Assembly (NCBI GenBank): GCA_965644295.1 | Contig: CBFFRP010000275.1 | Coordinates: 1-64,000, forward strand | Origin: Paraphysomonas bandaiensis | Lineage: Eukaryota > Protista > Chrysophyceae | Length of the DNA: 64,000 nt | Reading direction: 5' to 3' | In this document: piece by piece, positions 55,528-64,000 of the stretch | How positions within the stretch are numbered: position 1 is the first letter of the stretch | Layout: the number at the start of each line of letters is the position of its first letter | Position numbers and translations under genes: made by a program | Notes under the pieces: generated by a model | What the model was told of the DNA's origin: nothing | The model's input: the letters and a program-made list of their open reading frames with translations, nothing else | The model's database searches: none

Positions 55528-58500
55528 ATGTCTAATCCTAAATTAAATTTTTCCCATTCACCATGTCGTCTTAGACGAGTAAAGAAAGTTCAGTTTGGTG
55601 TGTTTTCTCCAGATACGATCGTAAGTTTGCATTCTTTATATATACTCGTATAACCATATATTCTTATATAGCGACAAGGTTCTGTTACACAAAAAGCTAC
55701 AATTAATAATGTAGAAATTAGAGCAGGAGTTACAAAGTATGAAATGAGAGATAAAAATGGTGATCCACTTTATGGTGGTGTATACGATCCCCGCATGGGC
55801 ACCCTTGATTTTAAAACACGATGTAAAACGTGTGATTGCTCATATTCTGGTAGTTCTAACACAGATCATGACTGTCCTGGTCACTTTGGTCACATTGAGC
55901 TTGCGCGTCCTGTATATCACGTTGGTTTTATCAATCAAGTGGTCAAGATTTTGCGCTGTGTGTGCTTTCACTGCTCACGTCTCCTCATCGATTCTAAAGA
56001 TCGTAGAATACAGCAAGCCCTTTGCATTCGTGATCCAGAAACACGACTGCGTTGCATTCACGACCAGTGTCGCTTAAAACGTAAGTGTGACCCGGGGGAG
56101 GAGGGGGAACTCGTCTCACTGATGGAGAGCATGGGGCTCGGATCGAGTCACTCTGAAGTGATCGGGTGTGGTGGGTTGATGCCTCAATACACACGGAAGG
56201 GCTTGCAGATTGAGGTTGAATATCACAAAGATATGACGGATATTCCACACTCTGGTGACCGGAAGCAGTTTCTTTCTGCTCAGCAGGCATATGACATCCT
56301 TCGTAAGGTATCAGACGACGATGTGCGTGCCCTCGGTCTAGACCCTCAGTGGGCACGCCCCGAGTGGCTGATTGTGACAGTTCTTCCTGTACCACCACCT
56401 CATGTTCGGCCCTTTGTGAGGGCAGGGACTAAGAGTAACGAAGATGATCTTACTCACCTCTTGACCACGATAATAAAGGACAACTTAACTCTTGAGAACA
56501 AAATACAAAACGGCGAGCCAAAACACGTAATTGACCAGTTGGAGCAGCTCCTTCAGTTCCGTGTGACGGGATTCTTTGACAATGAGCGTCCAGATATGCC
56601 ACGGGAGAGTCAACGGGGTGGCCGACCCTTGAAAACCCTGAAGCAGCGCATTAAGGGAAAGGAAGGAAGGCTGCGTGGTAATCTTATGGGAAAACGAGTT
56701 GACTTCTCTGCTCGTACTGTTATTACCGCAGACCCGAACCTCAGCATTGACCAAGTTGGTGTACCACGCTCGATAGCCCTTCGTCTTACTGTCCCGGTAA
56801 CGGTGACTCCATTCAATATAAAGGAAATGAGAGAGCTGGTTGCGAATGGGCCGCACCAATGGCCAGGTGCGTGCTACATCATACGTGCAGATCAGACACG
56901 AAAAGATCTGCGCTTCGATTCCAGTAAGAGTGATTTGGTATTAGAACCGGGATGGATCGTGGAGAGACATTTACGGGATGATGATGTGGTGATATTTAAT
57001 CGTCAACCTTCCCTCCATAAGATGTCTATCATGGGACACAGGGCGAAGGTGCTCGATTGGTCGACTTTTCGCCTTAATCTCTCAGTGACTACCCCTTACA
57101 ATGCTGACTTCGATGGAGATGAGATGAATCTCCACGTACCTCAGTCCATCACTGCTAGAGCCGATGTTGAGGAGCTTATGATGGTTCCTCGCAACATCGT
57201 TACCCCACAAAGCAACCGCAACGTGATGGGTATTGTGCAGGATGCTCTGTTAGGGGTTACTCGTATGACAAAACGAGATGTGTTTATCGAGAAGGATGTA
57301 GTTATGAACACGATGTTGTGGATCGGTGACTGGGATGGAAAACTTCCATGTCCAGCTGTCATTAAGCCGCGCCCCCTCTGGACGGGCAAGCAACTGTTTA
57401 CTATGGTTTGCCCTAATCTCAACTACCGCGGGAGATCGAAGAACAGTGTCGATAACGCAGCGGATAACCCATTCAATGTTTTGGACAGTAATGTACTTAT
57501 CCATAACGGGGAGCTACTACAGGGAATTGTGGATAAGAATATCGTCGGTACGAGTGGGGGGTCTATCGTCCATATCTGCTGGTTGCAGGAAGGATGGAAA
57601 GAGACTCGAAGATTCATGAACCAACTTCAGTGTGTCGTGAACTATTGGATGGTGAACACCTCCTTCTCTGTGTCTGTATCAGATACTGTGGCAGATGCTG
57701 TGACGATGCGTAAGATTCAAGAGACGCTGAATGATGCGAAGTCTAAAGTGAAGGGTATCATGGAGAGAGGCCAAGCAGGGGCACTCAAGGGCCAACCTGG
57801 GAAATCTCTCATGGAAACCTTCGAGTTTCATGTAAATGAAGTGTTGAATGACGCTCGTGCGACCGTAGGAAAGTCTGCACAAAACTCATTAAAGGACCGC
57901 AATGCTATTAAGGGAACCGTGATGTCTGGGTCTAAAGGGTCATTTTATAACATCTCCCAGATTATTGGTTGTGTTGGTCAGCAGAATGTACAAGGCTCTC
58001 GTATCAAGTATGGGTTCCAGAGGCGCACTCTACCACATTTTGCGAAAGATGACTTAGGCATGGAGTCTCGTGGCTTTGTGGAAAACAGCTATCTTCGTGG
58101 TTTGGCGCCCGCTGAATTCTTTTTCCATGCAATGGGAGGCAGAGAGGGTCTGATAGACACAGCCGTTAAAACTTCAGATACTGGTTATATTCAACGCCGA
58201 CTCGTCAAAGCTATGGAGACCGTCATAGCTAGATATGACTCGACTCTAAGGAATTCATATGGGTGTGTGATGCAATTTCTCTTCGGAGAGGATGGCATGG
58301 ATGCCCAGAGAATAGAGAAACAGTATTTTGACTTCTACAAGTTAGGTGAATCGGAATTTAGAAAGAGGTATTATCTGGACTTCAGCTCCGAGCACGAGGG
58401 TCAGCTGATACCTTCCACTCTCACCAACGAGCCTGTATACTTCCTGCAAAAAGATATATGCGATGCCTGTATGAGTGACACGGAGGTCAGGGTAATGTTG

Positions 58501-60819
58501 GAGGAGGAATATGACATGCTATGCAATGATCGCATTATGCTTAGACATATTTTAGCGTGTAGAGGTCATGGTGCGGAGACAGATGACAGCATATATCTTC
58601 CTGTCAATATGGACCGCCTGATTTGGAACGCACAGAGAAAATTTCGAATCAATCGCAGCGAACCAACATCCTTGCATCCGCGTATTGTGGTCGAGACTGT
58701 TCGCAAGATGTGTCGCGATGATATCGTGGTAATTAGAGGAGAAGACCCACTTTCCAGAGAGGCTCAGGATAACGCGACACTCTTGTTCAAGATCCTGGTA
58801 CGCTCCAAGCTTAACTCAAAGCGTGTGCTCAAGGATTATCGACTCAATGAGGCGGCACTTATGTGGCTGAAAGGAGAAATTGTGGCAGGGTTCATAGGTG
58901 CGATTGTGAATCCTGGGGAAATGTGTGGAGTGATGGCCGCTCAATCCATCGGCGAACCTGCAACACAAATGACGCTAAACACATTTCATAACTCCGGAAT
59001 TTCAGCGAAAAATGTCACGCTCGGTGTACCTCGTCTGAATGAGATCTTGAATGTATCAAAAAGTATTAGAACGCCCTCTCTGACTGTTTACATGGTTGAC
59101 GAGCTTGCATTTGATGAGGACGAGGTGAAAGACCTAATGGTTAAATTTGAGTACACAACTTTGGGAGACTTGACGCTGCTGACAGAGATACACTATGATC
59201 CAGACCCCCTTACCTCTGTGATAGAGGAGGATCGCGAGTTTGTGGAGGAGTTCTTCGGTAGTAGTGTGGGTAATGAGGATGATCCATCCCGTATGTCTCC
59301 TTGGGTACTTCGTATTGTGCTGATCCACAAGCCCATGCAGTATCTAATTAAGAAAAATGTACTTGAAATGGAGGATATCGCGAATGAGATCTATGAGAAG
59401 CTCGATAAGGCTGTGCATGTGGTACATACAGATACCAACGCCGACAAGCTTGTCCTTCGTATTCGTATCTTGATGGATGATGAAGAGAGACATCGCATGG
59501 AGTCGGAAGAGGGACGGATTGGAAGCGATGGCGATGATGTATTTCTACACCGTATGCAGGCGGAATTGCTGGACTCTCTACATTTGCTTGGCGTGCCTGG
59601 GATAAAGAAGGTTTACCACAGAGAGAATAAGCGCGCACTCTGGTCAGATAGTACTGGATTCGTCAATAAAAAGGAATGGATACTCGAAACTGATGGGTCT
59701 AATCTGGCAGAAGTGTTTGCACTTCCTATGGTTGACCATACCCGCACAACTAGTAATGATATCGTGGAGATGTTTAACGTATTGGGGGTTGAGGGAGCAC
59801 GCTCTTCTATATTCCACGAACTACGTGGGGTCCTTTCATTCGATAGTTCTTATGTAAACTACCGTCACATTGCATGCTTGGCGGATTGCATGACCTTTAG
59901 AGGGGATCTCATGGCAGTATCACGCCATGGCATTAATCGTGGCGAGACAGGTCCCCTGCTTCGCGCCTCTTTCGAGGAAACTGCCGAAATCCTCATGTCC
60001 GCTGCCATGTTTAGTCAATATGATATTCTTAATGGTGTGACGGAGAATATTATGCTTGGCCAACTGGCTCGTGTTGGTACTGGCATGGTAGACTTACTAC
60101 TGGACTTCGACAAATTGAAGAATGCAATAGACAGTGGTGTAGACAAGAATGCTGCAATGAAGGACCTATCTACTGCGGAACCGGTCAATACACCTGTGAC
60201 TACTCCTTTAGCCATGACCCCTGGGAATGGTATTGGCTTCGGCGATGCAACTCCTGGTGGTGCTGTGTTCAGTGAGCATGAGCCATTGTACAATTTTCCG
60301 ACTCCTTCCGCCCAGTCCCCAGGGTATTCGCCGTCTCCTCTATATGCCCAGTCTCCAGGATTCGCTCCCTCATTCAATTCGAGCTCGTATAGTCCTAGCT
60401 ATCAGTCGCCGGGATATTCACCGACGAGTCCAGCATACTCACCGACAAGCCCTGCGTATTCTCCTACGAGCCCTGCTTACTCTCCAACTTCACCGGCATA
60501 CTCTCCCACCTCCCCAGCCTACTCCCCAACTAGCCCTGCGTATTCTCCCACAAGTCCCGCATATTCACCAACATCGCCCGCCTACTCTCCTACAAGTCCT
60601 GCTTACTCGCCTACAAGTCCTGCCTACTCGCCTACAAGCCCTGCCTACTCCCCTACGAGCCCTGCCTACTCCCCTACAAGCCCTGCCTACTCACCCACCA
60701 GTCCTGCTTATTCCCCAGCCGATGAAACAAGCCCAGCATACTCAGCATCGAGTCCTCCGTACTCTCCAACCAGCCCAGGTTTTACTCATGACCAGAACAC
60801 AAGTCCTGAGTACAGGTGA
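55528..60819 (+). CDS. RPB1: RNA polymerase II largest subunit; intron 55621-55671
   Basis: CPGHFGH, NLMGKRVDFSAR, YNADFDGDEMN, EPATQMTLNTFH, VTLGVPRL; CTD heptads. Confidence 0.99.
60415..60708 (+). repeat. RPB1 CTD: 14 consecutive YSPTSPA heptads
   Basis: 294 bp = 14 x 21 nt, synonymously diverged but identical in amino-acid sequence. Confidence 0.95.
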
Positions 60820-61449
60820 GAAAGTAACTGTGGTTTGTGACGCTATGGTTAAGTGATGCGCATGTTAGCCCAGCTAGTCCTCAAGATGGACGATCTGGCT
60901 ATTACTGAGGAGTTACAAACGACGCATTGTGAGTGTGCAAGTGAACATCCCATCGGTGTCAGTGAATTGTAGAGTAAGGCGCAATTAGCAGAATAGTGGT
61001 GTCATTACTACTGCATTGATAGCATATCTGGTAGGTTGTTCACTCAAGTATGCTTCTTCTAGCGCAGTATTGATGTGAAATAATAACAGTACAAAAATTC
61101 AAGGAAAAAGTATTGAAACGCTTCGCATTCTTTTTGAGTTTTGCTTATTTGTAAGCAATTGATAAAAAAGTTGTATTCTAAGGTATTCGACTTATGACCG
61201 TTAGCTCAAGAATATAGTACATGATTTAATGATATGAATTATGTTACAGAAACGGATATACTTTGACTGTATAGATCTGATAGTCTTGGTTGGATGTAGA
61301 GAAAACTTAGCGTCGAGTTTGTTGGAATACGAGTGCTTCTGTAAGATAGAACTGTAGAATACGTAAAATACAATGCGAAAAACTGTAATACGTAGTCGAA
61401 AATACTATAGACCTAAAACTGGGAAACTGAAGTGATAGTAGTGAAAGAG

Positions 61450-61943
61450 TGATTGTCTTATAATTAGCAATAGGCGTTGAAGAGTCAATGCTTAACACTG
61501 ATATCCTACCATTTAGCGCTACAAAAGCTGTTTGTGTGTCACCGGAAGCACCATCGTGCAACCACTTTCGCACTATCACTCAAAGCAAACGCAGTGAACA
61601 AGCAGAACATCTGCTGACTTCAGAATATTTGAGTCCTTAAGGTGAACAGCCTCAGATGCTTGAATTCAGCAGGCTGCCCAATACCCCGGACGTCCTCCTG
61701 GAGGTGGGCCCATTCTCGGATGCCTCCCTATCTGTGTATTCGTCAAGGCCCAAGGCGTCTACGCAAGTGACAATTATTTGTGTCCCTTGTACCACACAAG
61801 AATTCGGCTATGAGTGGGCAAAACAGTATCTGCTGTCTATGTTTGCGGCTCACGTTAGTTTCCCGGATAAATATTTCCAGTACTTTTTCCCCAGGAAACC
61901 ACGAAATGGTGCGAGTCCGACTTTGTTGAGGGAACTGAAGTGA
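61450..61943 (+). repeat. Dispersed repeat family A, longest copy, containing the 95-aa ORF 61656-61943
   Basis: Colinear with 40937-41365 and with 29100-29306 (reverse strand). Confidence 0.8.
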
Positions 61944-62164
61944 TATGACGATCCAAGATGCGGAAGTTGACCAGCTGTTGATATAAAAGGAATATACAAT
62001 TATGTTGTTAATATATAGTTAATATATATCTTAGATGCTAACGCACAATTGTGAAAACAACAATAAATAATAATCGTACATATCTAGTAATATTACTTTT
62101 AAACTTCTTCTACGATCTAAACCAATACTTTCATCTCAACTAGGGTTATCTATCTACTATATCC

Positions 62165-62286
62165 CAGGGCCTGGTAACCGTTAATAGTCCCTTACTGGTA
62201 CCCAGTTCCCCGCAATTATAAAGGCCATCAATAAAATAAGCTCCCGCATTTATAGTTGCATTGCCATTAATGGTTACGTGGCCCTG
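62165..62286. mobile_element. hAT-type MITE (122 bp) with 23-bp TIRs and an 8-bp TSD
   Basis: cagggcctggtaaccgttaatag ... ccattaatggttacgtggccctg, flanked by ctatatcc and ctttatcc (7/8 match). Confidence 0.85.
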
Positions 62287-62487
62287 CTTTATCCCCTGGC
62301 AAGAATTGTTTCCCAATGCTATTTATACATTGAATGACACACCCGTACTTAGTTTCAATACAACAACACGCTATATTTATTGGAACCAAGAAATTATTCC
62401 TACACATTGGAAACTGCTATTTCGTAGGCAGCTCAATGTGAATCCGTAACCATACTACATACAGCTAATGGTATACTCAGAACTACG

Positions 62488-63834
62488 TTACTGCTGCAAT
62501 TCATAACCATTCGCAGCAAATGTCGGCCACATAAATGATCGCTCTCTGAAAAACCTAGTCATCTTCTTCAGCACCTGTGATTTTTATAAGACAACAGTCC
62601 AGAGCACAAATACAAGATGCATACCATGTTGTAACAGGTGTTCCTATCAAGTTTTCTGTCTTTGCATTCTTTGTATTGAGTGACAACATGTACTTTCCTT
62701 TCAGGAAATCCCACAGGCAAATCCTGCAGGCGACTCTTCAATACCTACACGATAAATTACGACATCTATGTCTATAGTAAACACGCCTACAGACCTTTTT
62801 TTCTGTCATGCCCAGTTCGAGAAAGTCAGATAAAGGCTCGTAGAAGGCCTTGGGGTTTGACATGATGTGTTCATAGTGTGCGATAAATATCTTATGACAG
62901 GGTATACTGCATTTATTGCAGTTAAACAGATAGTTAATCGAAACACAATTCAGCCATAATGAATCATGCTTACGTGCGTAGGGCAGCTTCGATGTGAATC
63001 ATAGTGTGTTCAGCAATGTGGACAGCTTGGTTGAATGAGGAGACAAAATCTCGTCGCATCGCAGACATGACTGTGTCCTAAAAGTAATATACGGCGTCAA
63101 CATTTACATTATTATATCCCTTGACCAACGAGGTAAGACATACCGAAGTGTTTCTCAAAATCAAAAGATATTTCACATTTAAAATATCTCCGTCAAGGTG
63201 CTGCACATTGATTATATCCGGGTGCATGAATAAGCGTCCAGGTCGCCGTATGGCTCCAGTTGGGAAAGAGTCCTCACTATCTAATATCTTTCTGTTTAGC
63301 AAAAGCGACCGAGACATCATATAAGTATAATACCAGTCAAAACTAGGACAGTACATACTTGCATGCTGGTGGGTGTTCCTTAACCCGCAAAGCTAATTGC
63401 TCTTGAATACCAGATCTCAATTCTTCAGGAGTTCTTCGAGGCACACCGTCACCAATATCTCGCCTATAATGACGAGCATTTATCTAATTACATTGTTAAT
63501 AATAACATCATCATATAAATGAATAGATTACCCAAACACAATCATATATTGGAGTGTTTAATAGTTTGGTCCAAAAATGATGAGCTGAACCTTCTAATCC
63601 AACTACAAGTACATACTGGGGTAGGTTACTAGTTTGTTTTGGCCATCCACATTCTCTATGTACAGGAATACATGTACCATCTTCAATATTCTGATATATC
63701 TTCTTCATTCCATTAAAGTAATCAGTGTATCCTGAATATACTTGTGCATTACTATCACAATGAATTGAATGATTTGAAGCATAAGTATGATTAGCAGATA
63801 TGAAAAATTGTAAGAATAATGTTTTCCAATTCAT
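62488..63834 (-). CDS. Sulfotransferase-like secreted/Golgi protein, about 7 exons
   Basis: LVVGLEGSAHHFW (5'-PSB-like), KYLLILRNTS/DTVMSAMRR (3'-PB-like), IAHYEHIMSNP; GT-AG introns give a continuous frame to TAA at 62488. Confidence 0.65.
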
Positions 63835-64000
63835 TTTATTTCAAATTATATGGAATCATTGATATAACTATCTATCTATATATATATGTATATATATAGA
63901 GAGAGTGAGTGTGTTATAGTCATGTGATGGGAGATCCTCGTAGTAACATCAATGCAATGCAGTGAGATGCGTATCGGTAGTCAGCATCTTATTTTTCGGT

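Noticed and set aside
55101-55535. Short ORFs with MYVC/HTYI repeats
   Set aside because: Same microsatellite artefact
60227-60856. 209-aa alternative-frame ORF over the CTD
   Set aside because: By-product of the heptad repeat in another frame

Overview
Gene-dense eukaryotic nuclear DNA with short GT-AG introns (mostly about 45-100 nt) and the standard genetic code. It most likely comes from a flagellated stramenopile (inference from the YSPTSPA-type RPB1 CTD, POC1 and CCDC151 flagellar genes, a bHLH-PAS factor and an oomycete-like hAT relic). The window opens with a 2.7-kb inverted purine/pyrimidine microsatellite, (TACA)n-(TACG/CACG)n-(TATG)n. About 19 protein-coding genes follow: a four-repeat Kv-like channel without GYG filters, an ARM-like protein, an E2/F-box/TerD fusion, a small spliced gene with a piggyBac-type Cys-rich domain, RMD1, a type II H+-PPase, POC1, an ABCC transporter, a 2OG-Fe(II) oxygenase-like protein, an alpha/beta hydrolase, GH99, CCDC151, a myristoylated SAM-HET/TIR-like-ankyrin protein, MgtE, bHLH-PAS, GH125, FKGP, RPB1 and a sulfotransferase-like protein. 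Intergenic DNA carries several MITE-like elements, dispersed repeats and a hAT transposase relic. The most notable signals are the unusual domain architectures, a sharp loss of GC3 at gene 5' ends, and RY tracts upstream of many start codons. All calls are from reading and motif recognition; no searches were run, and exon boundaries were assigned by eye.
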